Program-made: the position numbers and the translations under genes
The notes under the pieces: generated by a model
Seen by the model: the letters and a program-made list of their open reading frames with translations, nothing else
Database searches by the model: none
What the model was told of the DNA's origin: nothing
DNA from: Octopus vulgaris
Taxonomy: Eukaryota
Direction: 5' to 3'
NCBI GenBank assembly: GCA_951406725.2
Contig: OX597815.1
Span: 14,942,001-15,006,000, forward strand
Length of the DNA: 64,000 nt
Shown: positions 39,117 to 50,996 of the stretch, in pieces
Position numbering within the stretch: the stretch's first letter is position 1
How the letters are laid out: each line of letters begins with the position of its first letter

Positions 39117-39630
39117 TGGTTTAAGCACTCCATAAAACATCTCAAAATTTGTTTAGTTTTTGGAATTTTCAAAAAGTTTTAGTGAATTTATGTTCTACAC
39201 ACAGAAATTCATACTATTATGAAAAAAAGATTTAGAAAATTTTTTAACCCCCCCCCAATAAACCCTAAAAGTTCCACTCTTTTTCGAATTTTTTTTTTTT
39301 TTAATCAGAGTTTAAAATACAGTAAATCCCAATTTTTTAAACTTAAACCCCAGCTGTGGACACATCATCATTCCATTAAATGTGTTTATGGGGAGAAAAT
39401 ATTGAAAAACATCAATACATATTAGAGCAACAAAGAAACGAGAAAGGTATCGGGTGGTCGTGGGGTGTGTGGAATACAACAGCTAAATCGCACAACATTT
39501 CTTTTCTTTTCATTTCTTTTTTTATAATCGTGTGAATTCCTGTGTGTGAAACACAAATTCGCACAAAAATTTCTGAAAATTCTAAAAAATCATAATTGTT
39601 ATGAGGGGTTATTACTGGGTACTTAAACCA
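39117..39630. mobile_element. Old MITE with ~95-bp imperfect terminal inverted repeats
   Basis: TGGTTTAAGCAC...ACACACAGAAATTCA mirrored by TGAATTCCTGTGTGT...GTACTTAAACCA. Confidence 0.65.
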
Positions 39631-42257
39631 AAACTACAAAAAAAAAAAAAGCATCATAATTTTACGCTCTCACAAGTTCAGTGATTGGATCCAAACAGAC
39701 ATTTTAGGTTATCGTATCGATCTCATCATTTATTTTTACTATATCGGATGGCTAAGAAAATTTGGTATAAAGGGACACAACTCAAAGTCGCTAAACGAAT
39801 TACTGAAAATAATTGGAAATTAGGAGAGAAAATATTTTTCTTAAAAATTCAGTATCTGATTAATTACAAATAACTGAGCAGAAGCATTCATATGTGTGTG
39901 TGGGGGTTATGCGCTGTTTCATTTTAACAAATTTACAGTAATTCATTTGTAAATATCTAAATTTAGAAAACCACCAAACCCTTGAATGTACAACTTATGC
40001 AAACACAGGTGCGACTTTCTCTTTCGTTTTCTTGCAAAGACAGAGAGGTACTTTAAATTTAGGTAAATTCTTCATGCCTCTGTATTCAAAATCAGTAGGA
40101 AATGAATGTGACTTCCCATCTCTCCTGTTGGTGAATATTTAACTCTTTTATCTATCGATACATTGATCCGTAAAGAGATGATACTTAAAGATAATACTAA
40201 GAGCCATTGTGGCCGCTCGATTCTCCAAAAATAGCAGTTAAATCACTTTCAAATTGCATTTCAAAAAAACAATAAAAAATGGAATTTTGTGAGTCCAAAG
40301 TGTAAATATTCGTTCGACTGTAAGATATTGGCAAATTATTTTAAAAATTTATTTTGATTTAAAGAGACCCAAAATTTGTTTGGCGCCAGAAGAAAAGATT
40401 GGTTTAATTTTGCCAAGACAATTTACTAGGAAAGAGTCACAAATGAAATGCGTGTGAACATGAGTAGGGTTCACTAAGGGCCAAACAACAAAGTCTAAAT
40501 AAGATGCCAGATTATCATCACAAGTTACTTTTCTCCAGTTGATAAAAAAAAACGTTATTTCGATAAAATATATTGTTTAACTGCAAAATAATGTATCTAT
40601 TGCAGATTTCACCTGTATTTTTGGACAATGGTGTTTGCAATTATCGATATTTTGGAAATGTGCAATATAATATGGTTGAAGGGAAAACACATCGGGGATT
40701 TTCAACTTATCACTATATTAGAAATGTGAGACCCAAACGTTTTTATAAAAATATTCTGGAACGGTCAATCTACTCGACTGATCTCAGTACAACACCATTA
40801 TCACCACGACCACCACCACCAAACAGAACTTTATTAAGTCGCTTGATTTGCTAGAAAAAGTAGGCAACTCTTTCTAACATTACCCTCTACAGCCTTAGAA
40901 AAGGAAAGATGCATTGAATAAATCTGAAAAAACAAAAAAGGCAGGATGGCTATGGATGAAATGTCTTTGATCATAGGTCTGGTCAATCGAGGCTACATAA
41001 CTCGGCAAATGAAAATAAAAAAATCGATATAGGATGAAGACCATCAGGAAAGATGTCACGGATGTTGATAATGAGGATGATGATGAAGGACGTGTAGAAA
41101 TTGAAAGTGCCACCAACCTTGTTCCACAAAAGTCGAAACGTCAACAAGGGCTGACATAATGGAAGGACAAAAGATGAAAAATTTGTAAAACAGAAAATTC
41201 CGCTTTTTTTAAAAATATTTTTTTAAGTGTCCGAAAACGGAAAAGCCAAAGCCAAAAACGGTGTTAAGCCAGTTCTGTCTCTTCTGTGATAATTTGTATG
41301 GTCCACACACACATGTGTGTAAAAAAAGGTTAAATAATCGATATAGTTTTCGATTTCATTCGTCACGATTACAAGACTGATTTGTGTAGAGAATTAAATT
41401 CACCCTCAATAAAATAGTGTTAACGGTTTCGATGAAAATTTAGAATAAGTGACCACTAGATCACAAAGCTTCTTATAAACGTTAATAAATGGGCCAAGGT
41501 TTTCGCCAACCAATAAAACAAATTGTTTTCTGATCCAGTGTATTACGTGTATAGTAAGTAATTAGCAGATAAATACGTACTCCAATACATATACAGTTGT
41601 AGCTACATCATAAGTGTAAAACCAACTATATTTGCAACAGGCGTGACATTCTTAAAGTAACTATATGTGGAGAAAAACTCCAACCTTTATGCAAATATAT
41701 ACATATATATCATATTAAGATGTTTACTCTTTCTTATTTGTTTTCGTAGTCTATTATATGCATGAGGTGCGCAAGGTTATCTCTGTAACAAACAAGGTTG
41801 GTTGTACAAAACACTTAGATACTGACTTGGGTATGAATGTGTGTAGGCACGCGTGTTTGTGAATTTGGATGTTTATTGTATTCTCCACAATTGATAAGAT
41901 AACAGTAACAGTCACCAGCAATAACAATAAGATAACGGAACATTAATAATAATTATAATGATGATGATGATAAATTAATCTAATGAAATTTTAGACAACT
42001 GTCGCTGAAAACGAAAGAGTAAAAGAAAAAAAAAAAAGCACCATCGCAGCTATTAACACAAAAATCAAAGATCAATAGGACAAGGTTGTTTAAAGAAATC
42101 TACGTACACTAAGGTGACTTAAACCCATCAACATCAATAACGAAGCCTCTCAAAATATCAGAGCAGATGTCTCTACAGTTACTATGTATAATAAAATCAT
42201 TGTGATTTCAGCGAGTAGACATGTTAAAGTACAAATTTTGATATATATATAACTGAC

Positions 42258-42410
42258 CTGAAAAAAGTGAAATTATGTCAAGTTAGGAGGAGGAAGAAGA
42301 TGATGACGAATACTGTATATCATTGCTCGTGTGTATTCAGTTTCCTTTCAACGAGGCAGTGCCTGATCTGGTCCATCTTGGCTTTTCTGACGTCACAACC
42401 GATGACGCTC
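42258..42410 (-). promoter_or_regulatory. Probable promoter and non-coding first exon of the host gene
   Basis: Full CRE TGACGTCA at 42388-42395, half-CRE TGACG at 42403, YY1-like AAGATGG at 42373-42379 (minus), local CpG enrichment, donor CAG|GTCAGT after 42258. Confidence 0.55.
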
Positions 42411-42779
42411 GATTTCTGCCGAACTCATCGAAGCTCATAGAATAAATTAAAACCGGTACACCCCCCCCATTTAAAAGTAAGATATACGCGAATGTGGACG
42501 TATGTGTGCTTATATAATTATTTTACTAAACACTTAACTTTTTTTTAATAAAATTATAAATCTCTTTGTCTAATGTAAAATGATACACACACACACACAC
42601 GCGCGCGCGTGTGTACGTGTCATTGTACGCATGAATATATCTACGCACCTGTATGTGAATATATATATATATATATATATATCAATAATTAAGGGTAAAA
42701 TCAATTAGTTATTAATTAATTTCACCAAGTATTTTTCAGTATGTAAAAGGGCCATTCAAGGCGTATTCAAAATATTACT

Positions 42780-42870
42780 TTATATAATTAAGGGTTCAGT
42801 AAAATAATTTACTTTGCCACATAAAAATTTCAGTATGTGGCAAAGTAAATTATTTTACTGAGCCCTTAAT

Positions 42871-42877
<7 letters not shown>
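42780..42877. repeat. 44-bp-arm palindrome with a 10-nt loop
   Basis: Arms 42780-42823 and 42834-42877 are reverse complements with one G:T mismatch. Confidence 0.95.
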
Positions 42878-42920
<43 letters not shown>

Positions 42921-43505
42921 GTATACCTGCACATGGACACACAGACACATAGTTGCATCATGCATTTATATGCATTCATTGATGAATCGATTAATAACGC
43001 AATCGTTCCAAACATTTGCGTGCGCATTTGAAATTGTGCGTGTTAACACGCATTTACACTAGTGATTTCCAACCATTTTTTTTACTTCCACAAATCCCAT
43101 TTTCCATATTTTAGAATGTTTTTTCCCTCCGTTTTCCAAGATTGTCCACTCAGAAGGTGCCCTCCAAATAATTTGTGTATAATATTGAAAATTGTTTCTT
43201 CTTTTTTCTTAAAAAAAACAACAACCCCAAAACATATTATACATACGCATTTCCTCGTATTATTTTTAGAATGAAATTTTATAAGATTAAGATTAATGTA
43301 AAAAATAAATAACACTGAAGCAAAATAACACCAAATATATAGTGCGTGTGTTTTTATTGGCTAAACTGGCAATATGACCATTCCGAAATATAACAATATC
43401 TGTTTCAACACACGACTTCACATAAAAAATCTTGCCCAACAAATATTTGAAATTTTATAAATTTTAAAACAATAGAAAGTGTTAATGATTTTAAAACTTC
43501 AGGCA

Positions 43506-43573
43506 TGTATGTGTGTATGTATGTATGTATGTATGTATGTATGTATGTATGTATGTATGTATGTATGTATGTA

Positions 43574-43606
<33 letters not shown>

Positions 43607-43903
43607 GTGTGTGTATGTATGTGTGTGTGTATGTATGTATGTATGTATTTATGTTTGTATGTATGTATGTGTGTATGTATGTGTGTGTATGTATGTGTGT
43701 ATGTATGTATGTATGTGTGTGTATGTATGTGTATGTATGTATGTGTATGTATGTATGTATTATGTGTGCGTGTGTATGTGTGTGTGTATGTATGTATGTG
43801 TGTATGTATGTGTGTATGTATGTGTGTGTGTATGTGTGTATGTATGTATGTATGTATGTATGTATGTATGTATGTATGTATGTATGTATGTATGTATGTA
43901 TTA

Positions 43904-43934
<31 letters not shown>

Positions 43935-44025
43935 ATGTATGTATGTATGTATGTATGTATGTATGTATGTATGTATGTATGTATGTGTGTATGTGTGTAT
44001 GTATGTATGTATGTGTGTGTATGTA

Positions 44026-44056
<31 letters not shown>

Positions 44057-44358
44057 GTATGTATGTATATGTGTGTATGTATGTATGTATGTATGTATGT
44101 GTGTGTATGTATGTGTGTGTATGTATGTATGTGTATGTATGTGTGTGTGTGTGTATGTGTGTGTATGTATGTATGTGTGTGTGTATGTATGTATGTATGT
44201 GTGTATGTATGTATGTACGTTTGTATGTGTGTGTGTATGTATGTATGTATGTATGTTTGTTTGTGTGTGTGTATGTATGTATGTATGTATGTATGTACGT
44301 ACGTACTAACTTACATACGTGCATACATATACACATAAGTACATACACACACACACAC
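43506..44358. repeat. (TATG)n/(TG)n compound microsatellite
   Basis: Directly visible. Confidence 0.97.
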
Positions 44359-45429
44359 AGGCGCAAACGTGACTGTGTGGTAAGAAGCTGGCTTCCCAAC
44401 CGCATGGTTCCGGGTTCAGTCCCACCGCGTGGTACCTTGGGCAAGTATCTTCTATAATAGCCTCGGGCCTACTAAAAGCTTTGGATTGGATTTGGTAGAC
44501 GCAAACCGTCGTGTGTGTGTGTGTGCGTCCCCGTCCTTGTGTCTGTATTTGTCCCCTCACCACTACCTGATAACCGGTGTTGGTGTGTTTACGTCCCCGT
44601 AATCTAGCGGTTCGGCAAAAGAAATTAATAGAATAAGTACCAGGCTTTAAAATAAGCGCTGGCGGGTGGGGGGTCAATTTGTTCGACTAAAACAAATTCT
44701 TCAAAACGGTTCCCCTGCACAGCTACAGACAAATGACCGAAACAATTAAAAGATAAAACATAAGAGATATATAACGTAAAAGGAAAAAGATCTGGAAACC
44801 AGGCAAGTACCTTATTAGCACTCTGATAAACTCCAGATCTGGCTAACCTCATCGAATATGAAACATACAGAATTGCTTAAGATAAACAATTAAACGGTAC
44901 TTCATTCGATGAGTCCAGTTGATTGGATTTCATACAGAGTATATAATCAAGGCATCATTACGAAGAATGGATAATTATACATCTTCAAAAACTATTTATA
45001 ACATTATTATTCTCTTTAAGTTCCAATCTACCACGTGTTTCTGCTGCATAAGTACCCTAGTGTGCTTTGATGTAGCAAATATGTGCATTTAGTTGATTCA
45101 TTTGCAGTACACATTCATCCAAGACAGGTATGCTGTGTAATTTTGTTCGTGGTTTTACCCATTCGGGTGGGTGGGTGGTGCAAAGTAGTAGACAGTCATT
45201 CTTAAAGTACATTCAAGGTGAAGGACCATAAAACTTCGGAGTATATGACAAGAGAGTGTGCGTTGAAATACAATATGGTTATAGTTCTGGTGTCACTTAA
45301 ACTTAGAATGAATGGCCTTTCTCGATATTAAGGGAACAGACTATTTCATATACTTAATAAAAGGGGGGGAACTTTAATTAGGCCAGGACGCATTCACATT
45401 ACTGACCACACATAATGAAGATAATATTA

Positions 45430-45791
45430 TCTCTATATATATAAACGGCAAAATGTCTGTGTGTGTCCTTTATACAAATCCACAACTTTTCAGTTAGAGG
45501 GCTCGCACTTTCTATGGTCATTCAAAACCGTCCAAAGGTGGTCGTACACATCTTTATATTTCCCCAGTCACCCCGCAAAGCCATTAAAAAATCAATAGAA
45601 GTGACTTTTTTGTGAATTTTCTATCCAAAACTCAATCAAAATGTCCGAAACTTGATACGCCAATTGAATACCAGCTAGCTATATGTGATGGGTCGGAGAT
45701 TTGGACAGTACTCACGTGTATGTGCGCACGCATGCAGCTGTATATGCATGCACTAGCACTATGACCCGGCATTGCTGGGTCATTGTGCTAG
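45430..45791 (+). mobile_element. Non-autonomous Helitron (different family)
   Basis: A|TCTCTATAT start, hairpin ATGACCCGGC-ATT-GCTGGGTCAT, CTAG|T end. Confidence 0.85.
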
Positions 45792-46281
45792 TACCAAATA
45801 AGATAAATGGAAAGATTGAAAAGGGATCGAAAGAAAGAGGAAGCAAATATCGTTTCAGTTTGAGAAATCAGACCAATCCATAGTAATAAAGCTTTATATA
45901 TTCTTTTTATATATATATTTTTGGAATATTAAATGTTTAGTATTTATTCAGATGAACAAAGTAAGTTGAAATCCTAATCATATATTGTCTTAATTAACCA
46001 AAATTTTGAGGTTTAGTGTGAGTTTGTTAAAATCTAACCAAAGTAAATTTGCGATTATTTGACTGGATTAACTTATATGCATTTCTATCTACGTTATTTC
46101 GAATTAAAAATCCTTATTTAGAAAATAAATACTCTTCTAAATGAATGAGCGCATAAGAGGTAAAAATATGGAATATTTCTTCCAACATTAGATTACATTT
46201 CGAATAACCAATAGTATGCAGTAAAGAGTTACTAATAATTACTCATTTCATATCATATTTTGTGTCTCTATCCTTTAAAGT

Positions 46282-46339
<58 letters not shown>

Positions 46340-46426
46340 GGAAAGTTTACGAAAATAAACAAAAGACGAAGGCAGGTGGTGTACAAACAAACAAATGTAT
46401 TAGTATAGCGCTCAGGAAAAGAAAAG

Positions 46427-46464
46427 TCTTTTACGTTTCGAGCCTACGCTCTTCGACAGAAAGA
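46427..46464 (-). ncRNA. Minimal hammerhead-like motif (variant core) in a Penelope-like repeat (46336-46478)
   Basis: TCTTT-CTGTCGA-A-GAGC(GTAG)GCTC-GAAA-CGT-A-AAAGA; same family as 29413; flanked by (TA)n. Confidence 0.5.
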
Positions 46465-46532
46465 TACACAGAATAAATATATATACATATATATATATAT
46501 ATGAAATGTACAGTATTATATATCCATCATGG

Positions 46533-46620
46533 TTGGTCTTACCAATCGGTTTCACGTAAAGAATACAATGGAGTGTTAGGTAACAATCTGATTATATAAC
46601 TTTACGCTCATCAGAGTTAA
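46533..46620 (-). ncRNA. Type I hammerhead ribozyme core with a long loop II
   Basis: CTGATGA (46614-46608), stem II GCGTAAAG/CTTTACGT, GAAA (46553-46550), quasi-palindromic stem III ACCGATTGGT, GUA triplet. Stem I is weak. Confidence 0.6.
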
Positions 46621-46644
46621 GCTGATATGGAAGGGAATATTTTT

Positions 46645-47098
46645 TAATGAAAGAAATTCTTGTATACAGTGCTTTGTGTCCACTACAACTAAGAAAAAAA
46701 AAGACCTATCGGATGTACTGTTGGCGGATTTCAGGAAGCATGGAAGTTTTGAAGGCTATAGTGTCTCGACAACCAATGACTGATGTGGGTAGTTTATTCC
46801 ATGATTCAACAATTCTGAGTGTGAAAAAATGTTTCCGAAATCCATAGGTGCTGTGTTGTTTTTTGATTTTGTAAGCATGTCCACGAGTGTTTTACATATG
46901 GAATTCAAAAAGGTACACAGGGTTGTTGGATAATCATTTGGTGTCTACCAAGTCAGTTACCAGACGTCTGATCTTCAATGTGTCGTTGCCCAGGGGAGCA
47001 AGGCGTTCAGCGTACGGTAGATACATGATAGCGGGTATTCGTGTTGCTGCACGTTTCTGAACAGTTTCCAGGAGATTTATATGCTGAGCATATGCAAA
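46645..47098 (-). mobile_element. Older CR1-group LINE 3' region
   Basis: Diverged version of 7028-7505; encodes LLETVQKRAATRIP. A similar relic lies at 28700-28950. Confidence 0.75.
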
Positions 47099-47450
47099 TC
47101 ACCTCCCTCCGACAAGTCATCCTAACGAGACGTCTGCGTTAGCTGGGTTATGCCCTCCGTCGTCAATCAGGAGAATTCATCTACGAAGCAATTGCCCCAG
47201 CTCCCCTTCAGGGTTGGCGAAAGCGATGTGGTGGACAACGAAAAACCTGACTGATGAGGGTCAAGGCTGATTTGGAACCCAACCTAGGCCCCCATATCTA
47301 CGGCGTTCGCCGCTGGAATAAGGAGTGGTTGGAGATCACGCGGTCATTAGCCTCAAATAGCCAGGCCTGGTCGGCGTTTGAGAGAGATGCAGCATTGAAG
47401 ATGAATGAAGCCAGCTCAACCCACCCCGGGTGAATATTGTCAAGTCAAGT
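47099..47450 (+). mobile_element. RTE LINE 3' end inserted into a CR1 relic
   Basis: 10-bp TSD CATATGCAAA at 47089-47098 and 47451-47460; tail (CAAGT)n; GGQRKTW-like motif. Confidence 0.8.
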
Positions 47451-48282
47451 CATATGCAAAGGAACATGTAGTTTGTGACTGATTCTAACAGACAATTTCC
47501 CAAATTCATTTCTGCCATTTTGAGAGAACAACGTTTTTTTAAAAATCTTTTTACCTTTTTACTTGTCTCGGTCATTAGACTGCGTCCATACTGCAGCACT
47601 GTCTTGAAGAATTTGTAGTCGAACGTATTGACCCAAGAACTTATTTTTTTTATCGGTTTCTGTTGCCGAACCGCTAAGTTACGGAGGCGTAACCACACCA
47701 GCACCAGTTGTCAAGCGGTGGGTGGGGGACAAGCACAGACACAAAGACAGACAGACCGACACACACACACATACTCACACATACATACACACGTACATAC
47801 ATACAAACATACACACATACATGCATACATATGTGGGGTAACAAACTTGCTTCCCAACCACATGGTTCCGGGTTCAGTCCTACTGCGTGGCACCTTGGGC
47901 ACGTATCTTCTATAGTCTCGGGATGACCAGCGCTGTGAATGGATATAATAGATATAAAATATATATATAGCCCACCATCGTGTATATATATATATTTGGT
48001 ATATATATATATATATATATATATTTGGGAAGCAGTTTCATCTACACATGTGTGTGTGTGCGTGTCTGTGTGTGTGAGTCTTTGTGTCTGTATTTGACGC
48101 CCATACCGCTTGACAACCGGTGTTGATGTGTTTACATCCCCATATTTTAGCGGTTCGATAAAAGAGGTCGATACAATAAGTACTAGGCTTAAAAAAATAA
48201 GTCCTGGGGGTTCATTTGTTCGACTAAAATCCTTCAAGGCGGCCGCAAGTCAACTGACTGAAAAAATGTAGAACAATAAAAG

Positions 48283-48316
<34 letters not shown>

Positions 48317-49225
48317 CATACGCACCCGTCCTTTGGACGATTTAAGTTGCTTTGGTGGTACTCTTTTTTACCAAATAATTGAACTACAAAGATGGCTTAT
48401 GAGTAGTATGGCAATCTATGTTTCCGATTAACCTAGGAACGGGAAACCAAATTGAAAGCTGGCTATTGTGGAGGTCGTTGCACTTTAATGATTATAGAAC
48501 ATATAAGTTTGTAAGCAATGCAAAGTAGAGCTACTGAAGTGTTTTGGGAGTAAATTATGGATCATGACTACAAAATATAGTTGTTTTAAATGAAAGCGAA
48601 ATTTCTGGTGATAGTTTTAAAAAAAGCTAGAACGACAATGCTAAAACGCATTTGAAACAATGGACAAAAGTTGAGATATCAAATTGGAGGGGTAAATAAG
48701 CATCCTTAAAGTGAAACAACGCATTGGTAGGTAAACAAAGGTATCAACAAATAGAAGAGCAGGAAGGGAACATTGCCTTTCAAGTAACTCAGAATAGGTA
48801 AAGGTAAGCTTGCCGAAGTTTAATGCAGTTTAAATATGGAGATTAAGATTGTTTGGTATTGGATATTCACTGTTCCTAGTCAATTTAATCAAAGTAGAGA
48901 AGTAATAATACACAATTACAACACTTAAATGAGTAATAAATTTCTAAAATGTGAAAACAACTAAAAAATATTCAGTAATGCAAATAAATATATAACCATT
49001 TAGATTTTAAAAGTATGGAAAACAAACGAAATAAATAAATAAATAAATAGACGAAATTTTTTTCACTTTTATAACATTCTCTAACCAAAACACTCAATAG
49101 ACACCAATACACATATAAAAAATATAAAAAATGTAATAATTACAACATATAAATAAATAATAAATAAAAAAAATGTGAAAATCACTAAAAAATATTCTTT
49201 AATGCCAATATACGACCATATATAA

Positions 49226-49806
49226 GGCGGCGAGCTGGCAGACACATTAGCACGCCGGGCGAAATGCTTAGCGGTATTTCGTCTGCCGCTACGTTCAGAG
49301 TTCAAATTCCGTCGAGGTCGACTTTGCCTTTCATCCTATCGGGGTCGATTAAATAAGTACCAGTTACGCACTGGGGTCGATATAATCGACTTAATCCGTT
49401 TGTCTGTCCCTGTTTGTCCTCTCTGTGTTTAGCCCCTTGTGGGTAGTAAAGAAATAAGGTATTTCGTCTGCCGTTACGTTCTGAGTTCAAATTCCGCCGA
49501 GGTCGACTTTGCCTTTCATCCTTTCGGGGTTGATTAAATAAGTACCAGTTATGCACTAGGTTCGATATAATCGACTTAATCAGTTTGTCTGTCCTTGTTT
49601 GTCCTCTCTGTGTTTAGCCCCTTGTGGGTAGTAAAGAAATAGGTGTTTCGTCTGTCTTTACGTTCTGAGTTCAAATACTGCCGAGGTCGACTTTTGCCTT
49701 TCATCCTTTCGGAGTCGATAAATTAAGTTCCAGCTGCTTACTGGGGTCAATCTAATCGACTGCCCCTCCCCCAAAATCTCAGGCCTTGTGACTAGAGTAG
49801 AAAAGA
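49226..49806 (+). mobile_element. SINE family M trimer whose last unit has an alternative tail
   Basis: One head and three bodies; 15-bp TSD ATATACRACCATATA at 49208-49222 and 49807-49821. Confidence 0.9.
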
Positions 49807-50996
49807 ATATACAACCATATAAATCTAAAAAATATGGAAGACTCTACATACAAAAAACTATGTACATACAGCGAATTAGAGAAAAACCCGTGTAAAACAA
49901 TGTTTTTCCTGGTTTGTCCATTTACGCAGGAACTTTGGACAAAATGTTTTAGTGCATGACCATCCTTGGGACATAAGTAATGTGTGTGTAAAGTTTGGTG
50001 AAAATCGGTTGAGAATTGTGGAAATGCATGCGTTAGTCAATACACACACACATAGTGTGATTTATATATACTAGATTATACGGTCTTCTTTTCAGTTTCC
50101 GTTTCTCAAATCCACTCACAAACCTTAATTGGCCATCGGCCTTGGGCTATAGTTGAAGACACCTGCCCAAGGTTCTACACCTTTGGAATTGAACCCGGAA
50201 CGATGTGGTTGGGAAGCAAGCTTCTTACCACACAGCTATATTTGATCAAAGTTTTTTATTTCCAAAAGTAAGCGGTTTATCTGCTTTGTTATCTCTTGTG
50301 CCTCTAAATTAAAGACAAAAAAAATTAATTTTTCAGCATTTAATAAAACTGGGAAATGAATTCGGTCGATATTTTCTTCAATTTTACACTAAATTTAGTG
50401 TAAAATTCTTTAAATTATCAAGGGAGAGAATGAAATACAATTCACCACAGCATGTCGTAGTGTGAAGTATGGTCCTCAGTTAGATGCATGCATGGTGTTC
50501 TAGAACAGTAGAGCCGTGGGTCACATTTATCCGTTCAAATGACCACCTATGTGTTATATGTTCGTTAACTGAGGACTAGCCTGAGGCTACATGATGTAGA
50601 AGATTTTTCAGAATTGAACAGAGAAATGTTAAACCTATTAAAATAGATGCGAGAAGTTTAAGATTGAGATGACATTGATAAATTTTGGAAATAAAGGAAA
50701 AAAGAAAATTAAAATATTTAAAACAAGAACACAGTTGCAGTACAGTTAGAACACTGATATTGTTTTCGTTGATGAATAATGTTCCCAGTAAAGCGTTAAG
50801 AAAACAAGAGAGAGAAGGAGAGAGAGAGAACCCGCAGTTTGTACGAGTACACATATGATCTTTCACATACACAGAACAAGTTTGCCTACCTAACGAACGA
50901 ATTTCATGCTGAACACATTTCACCTGTTTAAGGCGGCGAGCTGGCAGAAACGTAAGAAAGCTGGGCGAAATGCCTAGCGGTATTTCGTCTGTCTGT

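Noticed and set aside
43479-44457. Long ORFs of 276-317 aa
   Set aside because: Translations of a stop-free (TATG/TG)n microsatellite. The same applies to 1005-1448 and 61072-61697.
49860-50076. Further Helitron (minus-strand ATCTAGTATATATAAA start)
   Set aside because: No recognisable 3' hairpin or CTAG, so it was left uncalled.
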